Shown: positions 36,825-48,300 of the stretch, in pieces | Numbering within the stretch: the first letter of the stretch is position 1 | Layout of the letters: each line of letters begins with the position of its first letter | NCBI GenBank assembly: GCA_049968235.1 | Contig: JBMFRC010000005.1 | Coordinates: 1 to 64,000 of the forward strand | Length of the DNA: 64,000 nucleotides | From: Candidatus Hydrogenedens sp. | Lineage (GTDB): Bacteria; Hydrogenedentota; Hydrogenedentia; Hydrogenedentales; Hydrogenedentaceae | Direction: 5' to 3' | Made by a program: the position numbers and the translations under genes | Notes under the pieces: model-generated | Database searches by the model: none | The model's input: the letters and a program-made list of their open reading frames with translations, nothing else | What the model was told of the DNA's origin: nothing

Positions 36825-39668
36825 TTAGTTTATTGCTTGTGCGATAACCTGTATAAAATGTTCCGCTTTTCGATTTGTTATATATGAAATTTGTTGCCTA
36901 CAACTGGTACCGGAAGCAATAATTTTTGTATCAATGGGTAATATTTCTATTAATTCTTTTAGATGTTCTCCTACCTCCATTGAGAGTTCATAAGTATCTT
37001 TCATTATTCCGTAGGCACCTGCCATTCCACAACAGGCGGAAGGTAGTATTTGGACTTGTGCATTTGGAATGTGGGACAGAACATCCTTCATAGGTATGCT
37101 TCCACGAGTTGCTTTCGTATGGCAATGGGTATGCACTGCGATTTGCATGGATTTGTTATGAGAAAAAGGCAAAGCGGAAGAATCGTTCTCCAGCAGGTTT
37201 GCTAAAAATTCTTCTAAAAGCATAGACTTTTCTATAATCATTTCTGCCGATTCCAGTTTTAGTTCTTTATAATCCTCATAGAACATTGTAAAACAAGAAG
37301 GTTCTAAAAATAAGATAGGTTCTTTTCTATCTTTTAAGATTTTTATATTTTGTTCACCTTTTTTTCGGGCATTGTTAAGATTTCCGACACTAAATGCAGG
37401 TCTTCCACAACAAGTTTTGTCAGGTAGTATTTCTACTTGAAATCCTGCAGATGTTAACACTTTTACGGCATCCTTCCCGATTTCGGGTTCATGATAGCGA
37501 ATAAAACAATCATCCCAGAGTATAACAGTACCTCGCGTCCCTTTAGCCGTTTTCCAACCGTTATAGGTTCGATAAAACCAACGATGGAATGATTCATGAG
37601 CATACAAGGGTAAAGGTCGGTTCGCTATAATTCCGGAGAAATGCTCCAGAATATTTCGCAACCACATATTTTTAAGACTAAAATTTGCTAATAACGGTGT
37701 CAAACTTGCAATTTTGCCAAGTGTATCTATGTTGCTTAGCAGGAATTTTGTAAATCGGGGGATGTATTTTTTGTTTATAGCATGGAGCAATTCTGCTTTT
37801 AATAGAGACATATTTACATTAGAGGGGCATTCCACAGTACAGGCACGACAGGCAAGACAGTATTTTATAGCCTGTTCAAGTTCGGAGGAGTATAATATCT
37901 CCGGATTGTGTGCGGATTCTTCAATTACATGGCGGATAATGTTGGCTCTACCTCGTGTGGAAAGGATTTCTTCACCACGGGCTATAAAGGTAGGACACAT
38001 GGTGGGGGTTTCTTTTCGGCAGGCGCCACATCCATTACATTGTTCTAAATTGCCGATAAAAGATTCGTCTTTTGAAGAAAATGCCAGACATGGTTCAAAA
38101 GGAAGGGTCAATTTTCGCCATCGTAGATTTTCATCAAAACGAAACTGAGATAAGTCTGTTATTTTACCGGGATTCATCAAAGATAGTGGGTCAAAGGTAT
38201 GCTTGATTTGCACCATAAGTTGGAAAAGGTCTTCTCCAATTTGTTCTTTCATGAATTCGGAATGAGCCATTCCTACTCCATGTTCCCCGGTAAAAGTTCC
38301 ACGATATTTTCGAACTAAGGCAAACACTTCCTCCGCCAGTTTGCGAAATTTTTTTATATCTGCGGGTTCATGTAAATCCAATACAGGACGGACATGCAAA
38401 AGCCCTGCGGATGCGTGTCCATAGAAAGAAGCCTGCACTCCGTAGCGGTGCATGATTTCGGATAATTCCTGAACATACAAATTCAAATCTTCGGGACGAA
38501 CTGCAGTATCCTCAACACCTGTAACAGGTTTCCTGGCACCTTTCATTCCTGTAAGTAAAGATAATCCCGCTTTACGGAATTCCCAGAGCATATTGCGTTG
38601 TTGAACATCTTTACAGTAAAGTGAATTTGCACCTAATTTTAGGTTTAATACCTCATCGATAAGGTCCTGCGGGGGCTCAAAAAACTCCACAAAAAGAAGT
38701 GATTTATATTGAGTATTATCCAGATCTAACAATTTACGAACAGGCTCAAAATTCCGTTGCCCTTGAGTTTGGTTAAAGAGAATATCGTCAATATGCTCAA
38801 TACTTGCAGGTTTAAAATGAAGTAAAGGTGTAATTGAGTTCATGGCTTCTTCGATAGTGTTAAACATGAAAACAATTAAAGTCCTTTGTCCGGGAATGGG
38901 AACAAGATTCAGTTTGGCTCGAGTAATAATTCCAAGTGTTCCTTCACTACCCCCAAGAAGAGGAACCGGACAGGGAAGAATTTTACAATAACGGTCTAAT
39001 GCATATCCGGGCCAGCGTTTTTTTATACCATCATGAAACAGGGTTTGTATCTCGGATATAAATGGTTTCACCAAATCTGCAATAGGTTCTAAACGCTTCC
39101 ATGTTTCAGGTGAATCTTTATCAAGGATTTGTTTCTCACCCGTAGATGTAATTATTTCAATAGCTCGAACATGGTCTATCGTAACTCCATAATGATGAAC
39201 AAAGGCACCGGAGGAATTGTTCGCAATCATTCCACCGATGGTTGCCCGTGAACTTGTTGCCACATCCGGACCGAACATCATTCCCTCCGTTTTCAACGAG
39301 TCGTTTAATTTATCTAATACCGTTCCAGCATCAACCCATATAGACTGTTCTTCTTTGTTGATTTCAGAAATACTTCGCATATAACGAGAAAGGTCAACAA
39401 CCAACCCTTCACCAATAGCACCACCACCTAAACCCGAACCGGCACCTCTGGGGATTAGTGGAATACCTTCATTTACACATAAAACAACTAACTTTTGAAC
39501 CTCATCTGTATTCCTGGGGAATGCCACCCCCGCAGGAACAAGTTCGTATATGGATGCATCGGTTGCATATAACCAGCGTGATAAACGGTCTGTACATATA
39601 TCCAGTGATGGATTTGTTCTGGCTATCTTTTCAAGTGACTTATTCCAATCCATAGTCTCATTCTCCAA
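36825..39668 (-). CDS. YdiJ-type fusion oxidoreductase: FAD-linked oxidase (GlcD-like) + 4Fe-4S + CCG (GlcF-like) domains
   Basis: FAD-binding PCMH region (RGAGSGLGGGAIG). Ferredoxin-type CNGCGACRKETPTMCP and CLACRACTVECP. C-terminal Cys-rich CCG repeats. Length 947 aa. Confidence 0.7.
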   Translation of the reverse strand: MENETMDWNKSLEKIARTNPSLDICTDRLSRWLYATDASIYELVPAGVAFPRNTDEVQKLVVLCVNEGIPLIPRGAGSGLGGGAIGEGLVVDLSRYMRSISEINKEEQSIWVDAGTVLDKLNDSLKTEGMMFGPDVATSSRATIGGMIANNSSGAFVHHYGVTIDHVRAIEIITSTGEKQILDKDSPETWKRLEPIADLVKPFISEIQTLFHDGIKKRWPGYALDRYCKILPCPVPLLGGSEGTLGIITRAKLNLVPIPGQRTLIVFMFNTIEEAMNSITPLLHFKPASIEHIDDILFNQTQGQRNFEPVRKLLDLDNTQYKSLLFVEFFEPPQDLIDEVLNLKLGANSLYCKDVQQRNMLWEFRKAGLSLLTGMKGARKPVTGVEDTAVRPEDLNLYVQELSEIMHRYGVQASFYGHASAGLLHVRPVLDLHEPADIKKFRKLAEEVFALVRKYRGTFTGEHGVGMAHSEFMKEQIGEDLFQLMVQIKHTFDPLSLMNPGKITDLSQFRFDENLRWRKLTLPFEPCLAFSSKDESFIGNLEQCNGCGACRKETPTMCPTFIARGEEILSTRGRANIIRHVIEESAHNPEILYSSELEQAIKYCLACRACTVECPSNVNMSLLKAELLHAINKKYIPRFTKFLLSNIDTLGKIASLTPLLANFSLKNMWLRNILEHFSGIIANRPLPLYAHESFHRWFYRTYNGWKTAKGTRGTVILWDDCFIRYHEPEIGKDAVKVLTSAGFQVEILPDKTCCGRPAFSVGNLNNARKKGEQNIKILKDRKEPILFLEPSCFTMFYEDYKELKLESAEMIIEKSMLLEEFLANLLENDSSALPFSHNKSMQIAVHTHCHTKATRGSIPMKDVLSHIPNAQVQILPSACCGMAGAYGIMKDTYELSMEVGEHLKELIEILPIDTKIIASGTSCRQQISYITNRKAEHFIQVIAQAIN

Positions 39669-39685
39669 AATGGAAATGCATACAA

Positions 39686-40615
39686 TTAATGGGTATCTCT
39701 TACTTCTTTTGGAAGTTCAAAATGGACATTTTCCAATGCAACACATATTTCTTCGATACTACAGGTCTCGATAGAAGACAAAAACTGAATAACACCTTGA
39801 ACATGTTTTTCAGGAACGGATGCCCCGGAAGTGATTAATATTGTTTTTACACCATTCAACCACTCTGAATGAATTTCGGAAGCATCCAGGACTAAATATG
39901 CAATTTTCCCGGCACTTTTGGCTATTTCTGCAAGTCGGCGACTGTTTGCACTTTCCGAATCACCGACAACAATTACGATATCTGCTTTTTCAGATAAAGA
40001 TAATACCGCTTTTTGACGATTTGTCGTAGCATAACAGATATTTCCCCGAGACGGAGATTGTAAGTGAGGAAAACGTCGGTAGAGAATATCCACAATTTTT
40101 TTACAATCTTCCACACTCAAAGTTGTCTGTGTGATATAAGCAATGTGTTGCGTTTCAGGAATATCAATAGTTTCGGCATCGTGTATATTCTGGACTAAAA
40201 ACACATTCCTTTTGGCCCAGCCCATAGTGCCGATGGTTTCATCATGTCCCGCATCTCCGATAAGTAATATTGTATATCCCTGTTCCGCATATTTCTTTGC
40301 CAAATGATGAACCCGCTGTACCAGAGGGCAGGTTGCATCAATTATATTTAACTTTTTTTCTTTGGCTTTTTCCCATTGTTCAGGACCAACTCCATGTGCA
40401 CTGAATAGCAAAATAGCATTCTCCGGAACTTCTTCTATATTCCGCACAAAAATGGCTCCCTGTCTCTTTAACGACTCAACAACATGGGTATTATGAACAA
40501 TGTGATTTAATACATATACCGGTTCCCCAAATAATTCTAGAGCCCGCTCAACAGAATGAATGGCTCTTTCAACACCAGCACAAAATCCACGAGGTTTCGC
40601 TAATATGATATGCAT
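39686..40615 (-). CDS. ispH: 4-hydroxy-3-methylbut-2-enyl diphosphate reductase IspH/LytB
   Basis: MHIILAKPRGFCAGVERAI N-terminus with conserved Cys, ATCP and SG...V motifs. Length 309 aa. Confidence 0.85.
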   Translation of the reverse strand: MHIILAKPRGFCAGVERAIHSVERALELFGEPVYVLNHIVHNTHVVESLKRQGAIFVRNIEEVPENAILLFSAHGVGPEQWEKAKEKKLNIIDATCPLVQRVHHLAKKYAEQGYTILLIGDAGHDETIGTMGWAKRNVFLVQNIHDAETIDIPETQHIAYITQTTLSVEDCKKIVDILYRRFPHLQSPSRGNICYATTNRQKAVLSLSEKADIVIVVGDSESANSRRLAEIAKSAGKIAYLVLDASEIHSEWLNGVKTILITSGASVPEKHVQGVIQFLSSIETCSIEEICVALENVHFELPKEVRDTH

Positions 40616-40856
40616 CTATTCTTCCCTAAATAAAACATTTTATACATTAAACAAGTTCCTTTATTATAATTATTCTCCAATATAGATTTCTTAACAGCAA
40701 TAAATCGAGAATACATTACCTATGTTCATTTACATTATTTATAATTTGTTTTTACTTATTTATGGAGTTTAGTCTATTGAAATAGCATAAGATTCTCATT
40801 TATCATGCATATATGATTTAATATAATCATTGAACCAAACACTGGAGGGTTTGAAA

Positions 40857-43106
40857 GTGGAAATTATTGACCTGGATGTAAAAGCATATAAGAAACAATC
40901 CCCTTATCGCACGGTATTTAGTTTTATTTTAGGTGTGTTAGTTGGAATCGCCTTGTTTTATATGTATTTACAATTCAATCCTCCTCCGAAAGAAACACCT
41001 CCTCCTATTCCACCAACAAGCCCAACCGCAGAAGTACCCAGGGAAAAAGCACCAAAACCCGCAGAACAAACTCAGGTAAATGAGGAACAAAAATTACTTG
41101 CTGAATTAGAGACAATTTCTCCTTTTATTTATATTGTGAACGAAAATAAGTTTTCGGATTCAACAATAGATATGCTAAATCAGATTCGCCCTTTTGCCAT
41201 AGTTGTAAAGCCAGACCAAGGAAGCAGTGATAAAGATAAATTTTTGAATTTACTACAAAATATCCGTGACAGGGTGCGGAGCAATGTCCCTGATTTACCG
41301 CTCCTGGCTATGGACCTTGATTTCCATTTCTTGCAGTCTTTGCCTGAGTTTCAACAATTACCGAAACTTACTGATTTTAATACAAGCACAGATATAATAA
41401 AAATAACGGATGCAGGTAATTTATATGCCCAAAAAATTCGTGAATGGGGCATCTCCATGCTATTTGGACCTATGATAGAAATTTATGTAACGGGACGGGT
41501 CCCGGAAATAGAAAAGGGAAATTATATTGGAGATACGACAGAAGCAATACAATGGATAGGGTTATCCTTCAGTCAGGGAATCTGGCAAGGAAAAGTAGCA
41601 CCAGTAATCAAGAGTTTCCCCAGCAAAACACTTGCGGGTAAAAAAGAGGTAGATGGTAAAGTCTGTTTTGCACTGGAAGTTGACAAAGCCGGCGAAGATA
41701 TGAATCAAGCCATATCGCAATTGGCTACATGGTTGTTCCCATTCTCGGAAGCGGTTTATCAAAATCTACCCGCACTGTTAGTATCTCATGTATCCATACC
41801 TTTACTGGATGATGAAAATCCTTATCTACCTGCAACTGTATCACAAAAAATTATTTATGGTTTAATTCGTGGGAAATGGGGTTATGATGGTATTATTATC
41901 GCTGATGATATAGCCGAGTATCCTTTAAATGGAACGACAAGCTATTCAGATGTGGCTTTGCAAATGATAGGTGTAGGTATAGACCTGATTTGTTCTTCTC
42001 TGGAAGACGCAATTGAAATGACAAAGATGGTTACTATGATTGAACAAAATATTTCCAGGGAAGCCAAAGAAAAGAGGTGTATGCGATTAGCCAGATTAAT
42101 GTCAGCAGTTTGTCCCCTTCCTAAAAAAGAAAAACAAGAAATGGCACCCTCTGTAGAGCCAGTTCTAACCGCACAGCAATCACAAACATCTTCCCCCGTT
42201 ATAGAAACATCAACACCTCCTTCCTCAGAAAAATCTCCTGTAGAAACAACGGAAACTTCATCTGCATCTCATCAAGAACCTATTGCACCTCCTACGGAAA
42301 TTGAAACTACTCAGGCTGAAACAACTACAGAATCTACTCCAGTGGATAGCAATGTAACACTTTCTCCAAATACCCAGCCTACAGAGACAAGTATTGCTCA
42401 AGACCTAACGCAAATTGCTACAGAAAAAAAAGAAGAAACTGTAAAAACGGCTATGGAACCCCCAAAAGAAGATGTTGAGCCAGAGGAACAAAAATCTGCT
42501 CCCTCCAAAGAAATAACTGAAATTAAATCTATTGAAAAAGCTCCCCAACCCCCAGGGACAAAAGAAATAAAACATAAAATTGTGCGAGGCGAAACTTTAT
42601 ACAACATCGCTCAGAAATACCAGGTAAAGCCCAAAGACCTTATGGCATGGAATGGAATACAAGACCCTAACCTTATTAAATATGGATTACATTTAGTTGT
42701 ATATGTTCCTCAAGGGATAGAAGTGAAACAACAACCTGAAAAGACGATTACTACACAGGAAAAAACCAAAACACCCCCTGCTGAAAAACCTGCTCCTATA
42801 ACTTTACCTGAGGTAGAAAATAAAGCCAGTACTACAGATACACAAACAACACCTGCAACTACAACCACAGAGGAAAAAACTAATAGTGGCGAAACCGTAC
42901 CTCAGGAATCTTCAAGCCCTTCATCTCCAACAGGAGAGACTATTATATACACAGTGAAATATGGCGATACCCTCGATTCTATAGCACGGGATATGCGTGT
43001 AACGAAAGAGGAAATTATCCAACTTAACAATTTAAAGAAGCCCTATCTTCTACCCGCAGGTAGGAAACTGAAAGTCCCGCGTGTTCCCAAGATAGGGTTC
43101 AATTAA
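40857..43106 (+). CDS. membrane-anchored protein with a glycosidase-like middle domain, a long P/T/E-rich linker and two C-terminal LysM domains
   Basis: LysM units HKIVRGETLYNIAQKYQVKPKDLMAWNG... and YTVKYGDTLDSIARDMRVTKEEIIQLNN.... N-terminal TM. The start is ambiguous: GTG 40857 with GGAGGG RBS, or TTG 40830 as in the ORF track. Confidence 0.6.
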   Translation: MEIIDLDVKAYKKQSPYRTVFSFILGVLVGIALFYMYLQFNPPPKETPPPIPPTSPTAEVPREKAPKPAEQTQVNEEQKLLAELETISPFIYIVNENKFSDSTIDMLNQIRPFAIVVKPDQGSSDKDKFLNLLQNIRDRVRSNVPDLPLLAMDLDFHFLQSLPEFQQLPKLTDFNTSTDIIKITDAGNLYAQKIREWGISMLFGPMIEIYVTGRVPEIEKGNYIGDTTEAIQWIGLSFSQGIWQGKVAPVIKSFPSKTLAGKKEVDGKVCFALEVDKAGEDMNQAISQLATWLFPFSEAVYQNLPALLVSHVSIPLLDDENPYLPATVSQKIIYGLIRGKWGYDGIIIADDIAEYPLNGTTSYSDVALQMIGVGIDLICSSLEDAIEMTKMVTMIEQNISREAKEKRCMRLARLMSAVCPLPKKEKQEMAPSVEPVLTAQQSQTSSPVIETSTPPSSEKSPVETTETSSASHQEPIAPPTEIETTQAETTTESTPVDSNVTLSPNTQPTETSIAQDLTQIATEKKEETVKTAMEPPKEDVEPEEQKSAPSKEITEIKSIEKAPQPPGTKEIKHKIVRGETLYNIAQKYQVKPKDLMAWNGIQDPNLIKYGLHLVVYVPQGIEVKQQPEKTITTQEKTKTPPAEKPAPITLPEVENKASTTDTQTTPATTTTEEKTNSGETVPQESSSPSSPTGETIIYTVKYGDTLDSIARDMRVTKEEIIQLNNLKKPYLLPAGRKLKVPRVPKIGFN

Positions 43107-43112
43107 AGTCTT

Positions 43113-43799
43113 TTATTTTTCTAATAAACAGGAAAGATAGAATTCCAATTCGGAAAGAATCGGGTGTTGCCAATCTTTTTTCAATGCCCGAAGAATTTCA
43201 CGATAATACCAAAGAGTACCTTCTTTTTTTCCATTGAATTGCGACCAGATATCATCTCCCATCCGGCAGTAATCATGATATAACGAATACAAATTGTGCC
43301 ATTTATCACATGCAATAATAAGTTTTACATCAGATGACATTGAATAACAGCGGTCTATAAATTCTTCTTTCCTTTGTTTCCAGGGTTTTTTGGGATAGGT
43401 AAAGGAATCGGAACATTGTATTACATAATAGGCAACCTTAGAACCAAATATAATTTCGATTTTTTTCAACAATTCAAAAGCATCTTTATTCTCTTCCTTT
43501 TTATTCATCCAGGAGACCCGAAAAGAATCAACATCTATTTCCCTCTCATTTTCTAATACTTCAATAAATCTATCTGCCATTTTCAATTTAGTGGGCTGAC
43601 TTTGGTCTTCGACAGAATCATGTAATAATGCTGAAATAAACTGGTCTTCATCTCCACCCTCTTCAAGGACCTTACTTGCAACACTAAACAAATGGGTTAT
43701 ATAAGGGACATTTCGACCTTTCCTCTTTTGCTCTTTATGTAAAGTCATCACTAAATCTATTGCCTGCAAAACCCTTCCCGTATTTAATTGAATCATCAA
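43113..43799 (-). CDS. HD-domain hydrolase of the RelA/SpoT (p)ppGpp-hydrolase type (small alarmone hydrolase-like)
   Basis: HLFSVASKVLEEGGDEDQFISALLHDSVED matches the H...ALLHDvvED HD signature. Length 228 aa. The start overlaps the upstream GDPD stop (ATGA). Confidence 0.55.
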   Translation of the reverse strand: MMIQLNTGRVLQAIDLVMTLHKEQKRKGRNVPYITHLFSVASKVLEEGGDEDQFISALLHDSVEDQSQPTKLKMADRFIEVLENEREIDVDSFRVSWMNKKEENKDAFELLKKIEIIFGSKVAYYVIQCSDSFTYPKKPWKQRKEEFIDRCYSMSSDVKLIIACDKWHNLYSLYHDYCRMGDDIWSQFNGKKEGTLWYYREILRALKKDWQHPILSELEFYLSCLLEK

Positions 43800-44623
43800 T
43801 CCTTATTCCTTTTTTGACCTCGTTTTTCTAAATATTCGATAAGTTGAAGGGGAGAATCTGTTTGTATTCCGTCAACACCTCGTTTTAATGATTCTTCCCA
43901 GGAGTCAGGACCTGCATCATCCATAAAAACAATCGTTCCCTGTTCATGACAGATGCTGACAAAACTTGCTGTGCATGATTTGAAATCCGAAGCAACCACA
44001 GGTGGTGAAAACCGTTTAAGGATATATTCAAGATGTTTTTCGGTTCCCGGGTCAGGCATGATAAAACAATCCGGGCATTCTTTTTTTATGGTTTCAAGGT
44101 CTCGCAGACCTCCATACCAAACAACACGGTGTTTCATTCCATATTTTTCAAGTTTTTCAAGAACCTTTTTCGGGTCTGCATTTTTCATATCCAGATATAG
44201 TCCCACTTTTCCCTGGCATAATTCTAATATTTCATCTAAAGTGGGTATTCTTTGGTTTGCAAATTCTGAACCGATACGACTACCAATATCTATTTTCTTC
44301 AATTCCTCTAATGTGAATTTTGAGACTTCTCCCTTTATATCTTTTGTATAATCGTCCACTCTACTATTATGTATACTTACGATTTCTCCATCTGCTGTTG
44401 TTCTCAAATCTATCTCGATAAAATCAACATTTAACTCAATGGCTTTTTGATATGCTATCAAGGTGTTTTCTGGATAACCCTGATGAAATCCACGATGTGC
44501 TATTACATATATTCCACCGTGTTTAGGTGTGGGTAAGGATAGTTTTCCCGTTTCTGCAAATAAAATAGAACTCGTTATGAGCAAACATATTACAATACAT
44601 CCCCAAAAAAAGGCTTTTTTCAT
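43796..44623 (-). CDS. glycerophosphodiester phosphodiesterase (GDPD) family, secreted
   Basis: VIAHRGFHQGYPENTLIAYQKAIELNVDFIEIDLRTTADGEIVSIHN. Signal peptide. Confidence 0.75.
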   Translation of the reverse strand: MKKAFFWGCIVICLLITSSILFAETGKLSLPTPKHGGIYVIAHRGFHQGYPENTLIAYQKAIELNVDFIEIDLRTTADGEIVSIHNSRVDDYTKDIKGEVSKFTLEELKKIDIGSRIGSEFANQRIPTLDEILELCQGKVGLYLDMKNADPKKVLEKLEKYGMKHRVVWYGGLRDLETIKKECPDCFIMPDPGTEKHLEYILKRFSPPVVASDFKSCTASFVSICHEQGTIVFMDDAGPDSWEESLKRGVDGIQTDSPLQLIEYLEKRGQKRNKD

Positions 44624-44655
44624 ATATAGATTTTCCTTATGTTCTTGTTATTTTT

Positions 44656-45204
44656 CTAATTCGTTATTTCTATTTTCCTTAGGGTAAGGAAAAGGGAAGT
44701 AAAAAGGATAACGATAAAATCCATACAATATGAAATCTTACTCCCTGAAGATTGACCACACCCAAAGATATAATACGCTTTGGGCGGTTTGTTCCCTACC
44801 CCTTTAAGAGTTATCTCTGCACTTTGATTTTCTGATGCAACTACTTTTAATTTGCCCTGATATTCTTTCGCTTTCAACGGAATAAATTGAATTTTAACTA
44901 CAGCAGATTGGTTTGCAAACAGTGAAAAGTTTGTATCCCCGGATATGAAAAATACTTTTTCGTTATCGGAATTGTTCTGCTCTTCATTTTCCAGTGTAAC
45001 AGAGCCCGATAATACTCCCTGTCCTGTGTTGATAATATACATTTCCTTTTCGGCGATTTTACCTACTTCTACGAAACCAAAAATATAATCATATTGTGGA
45101 GCCGGTTGAATAGTTAAAATAGGTGGATTATCAGACCACAATTGAAAGGGGATGGCAAGAAGGATAAGTAAAATAATAGGAAGAAAAAATAATTTTTTCA
45201 TCAA
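44656..45204 (-). CDS. hypothetical secreted protein
   Basis: Signal peptide. Length 182 aa. Confidence 0.4.
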   Translation of the reverse strand: MMKKLFFLPIILLILLAIPFQLWSDNPPILTIQPAPQYDYIFGFVEVGKIAEKEMYIINTGQGVLSGSVTLENEEQNNSDNEKVFFISGDTNFSLFANQSAVVKIQFIPLKAKEYQGKLKVVASENQSAEITLKGVGNKPPKAYYIFGCGQSSGSKISYCMDFIVILFTSLFLTLRKIEITN

Positions 45205-45394
45205 ACCTCTCCAATATAAATCAATTATTTTACATATATTATTATAATGTCTATTTATAAATTTTAGTCCTTACTATTGTAAAAAAACTGGACCCTTAAA
45301 TTAAATTCTGTTTTTCCCAAAAAAAATACAACCGACCCCTGCACCGGTGTTCGATGCAGGGGTCAGATTTACATTTTGCGTTATTTACTGCGGA

Positions 45395-48300
45395 TTAGTT
45401 AGTATTTGCTCTTTTCCTTCTGAGGACGAAGAACATTCCTACACCCGTCATTGTGATGAACATCAAATCACCAAGGTAATTGGGCACGCCTTCTGTTGGC
45501 GAACAAGAGATGAACAGGAATCTGCGCTTTGGCTTGTAACCTTCACCAGTAAGGTCAACATACACCTCTTTCGCAGGGGAGACACCATCCGATACAACGA
45601 ATAGCACCTTACCGGCATATGTTCCAACTTTTTTCGGAGCAAATGCAACTTCAACATACTTTGTTTCGCCGGAAGGTATCTCTATGTTCGCGGTCTCGAA
45701 TGTTACTGCAAATACATTATTGGCTGTATCCTTGACATCTATTGCTACATTGACAGGAATCTTACCTTTGTTTGCAAGGACAATCTTCTGCTTGTATGTC
45801 TTTTCTATTAACTGCTTACCAAAGTCAACGACAAGTGGCGTTATGGATAGATTTCCAGTTACCACTATAGGAGCCTCTTTTACAACAACTTTTCTACTAA
45901 CTTGTGCCTTATTGCCTGATGGGTCTTGTGCAGAGTAAACAAGTTCGTATGTAGCAGGAACACTGGTATTTACTTTACCAGATACCTGAACATTAAGATC
46001 TCCTGCACAGGCATCCGTCGCAGTTGCACCCGGGTCGTTAAAGGCTTGTCCTACCTGAATTTCGATTGTGCTATTTCCATTCAGGGTTATTGTCGGTTTC
46101 TGAGTATCAACGATACGAATAACACGCGTCTTAGAATCGGAATTACCTGAAGCATCAAAGGCTGTATAGGTCAGCGTATATTCACCCGGTACATTCACAT
46201 TTACACTACCAACGGTTTGTACTTCTAAGTTTCCACTACATCCATCTGTAGCCGTTGCACCTGGGTCGTTAAATGTAGACTTACATTCTAATACTACTTC
46301 CGAACTACCCAGTAGTGTTACCACCGGTTTTGTAGTATCTACGACATTGACGGTCCGGGTTACAGGTGTTGCGGAATTTCCTGAAGCATCTGCTGCCGTG
46401 TATGTAATTGTATATGAACCAATTACATTTGTATCTACGGTACCTGTAACAGAAACAGTAACCTGCGTGTCACATGTATCGCTTGCTGTTGCACCCGGGT
46501 CAGTAAAGTTAGACTTGCATTCTACACTAATCGTGTTTTCACCTAATAAAGTGATAACTGGTTTTGTAGTATCTACAATCTTAACGGGCATGTCTTTTGA
46601 TGACTTATTGCCAGAATCGTCCTCTGCCACATAGCGGACTACATATCCTTTTCCTGCAGAAGATGTATCTATCGTATAGACTTGATACATTGTTAAAGCA
46701 TCATATATCGCCGCTGCAGTTAGAACTTGTGTAACGCTACCACAGGAATCAATGGCGGTTGCTCCCGGATCTGTAAACACATCATTGCACTCAATGGTCA
46801 TTTCCTCTTGGTTAAGTGTTATTACAGGTGATGTAGTATCTACAATCTTAACGGGCATGTCTTTTGATGACTTATTGCCAGAATCGTCCTCTGCCACATA
46901 GCGGACTACATATCCTTTTCCTGCAGAAGATGTATCTATCGTATAGACTTGATACATTGTTAAAGCATCATATATCGCCGCTGCAGTTAGAACTTGTGTA
47001 ACGCTACCACAGGAATCAATGGCGGTTGCTCCCGGATCTGTAAACACATCATTGCACTCAATGGTCATTTCCTCTTGGTTAAGTGTTATTACAGGTGATG
47101 TAGTATCAATTATGTTAACCAACATATCTGCTTCTGATCTATTTTCAGAATTATCTGTGGCTACATAGCGGACTTTATATGTTTTGCCTACTGCACTTGT
47201 ATCAATGGCTTCTACCTCTTTATCACCATAAATAGCATCGACTTCATATATTGTTGCTGCAGTTAAAACAAGAGGTATTCCACCTTCGCATTTATCTAAT
47301 GCTGTTGCACCGGGGTCTGTAAATATACCATTGCACTCAATAGTCATTTCCTCTTGATTTAATGTAATTTCAGGACCTTGTGTATCTACAACATGAATTG
47401 TTCTTGTTTTACTTGCGCTATTATTAGCATTATCAACGGCTGTATATGTAAGTGTGTAATCACCTACCTGATTATCATATACATATCCGCTAACAATAAC
47501 ATCTAAAATACCGGAACATACATCCTCCGCAGTTGCACCCGGATCTACGAAGTTCAATCCACATTCATGAGTAATCTCACTGGCACCATTTAAGGTTACG
47601 GTAGGAGCCTGCGTATCTACTACATTCACGGTACGTATTGCTTGTCCTATTTTTCCAGCACGGTCTGTTGCCGTGTAAGTAATCTGGTAACTGCCTACCT
47701 GATTTGTATTAACAATACCTGTCTTATTTACTGTCAAGTTACCATCGCAAGCATCCGTAGCCGTTGCACCCGGGTCAGTAAATACAGAACCACACTGTAC
47801 TGTAAGCGGGTTAGCACCAACTATAGTTACTGTAGGTGGCAGATTATCGCTCACATTAACGACACGAGTCCTTGTTGCTGTATTTCCATTTGCATCAGTC
47901 GCCGTATAGGTTATTGTATATTGACCTGGCTCATTTGCATTGACCACGGTTGCCGAATTATTTGTAACCGATACAGTGCCCTGGCATGTGTCACTTGCGG
48001 TTGCACCCGGGTCATAATATACACTATGACATTCAAGGGCATAAGGATTCGGTCCTATAAGCGTAATTACGGGAGGTGTCGTATCTACAACCTTAACGGT
48101 GCGTATTACAGGGTCTGCATTATTGCCTGAATCATCCGCAGCGGTATAGGTTAATGTATACTCGCCAACAGCGTTAGTATCCACAGTCCCTGATACATTC
48201 ACTCCTACATTGGTATCGCAACTATCCGTCGCAGTTGCACCCGGGTCATTAAATGTTGATTTACACTCCACCACTAATGGATTGTCTCCTAATAAGTTTA

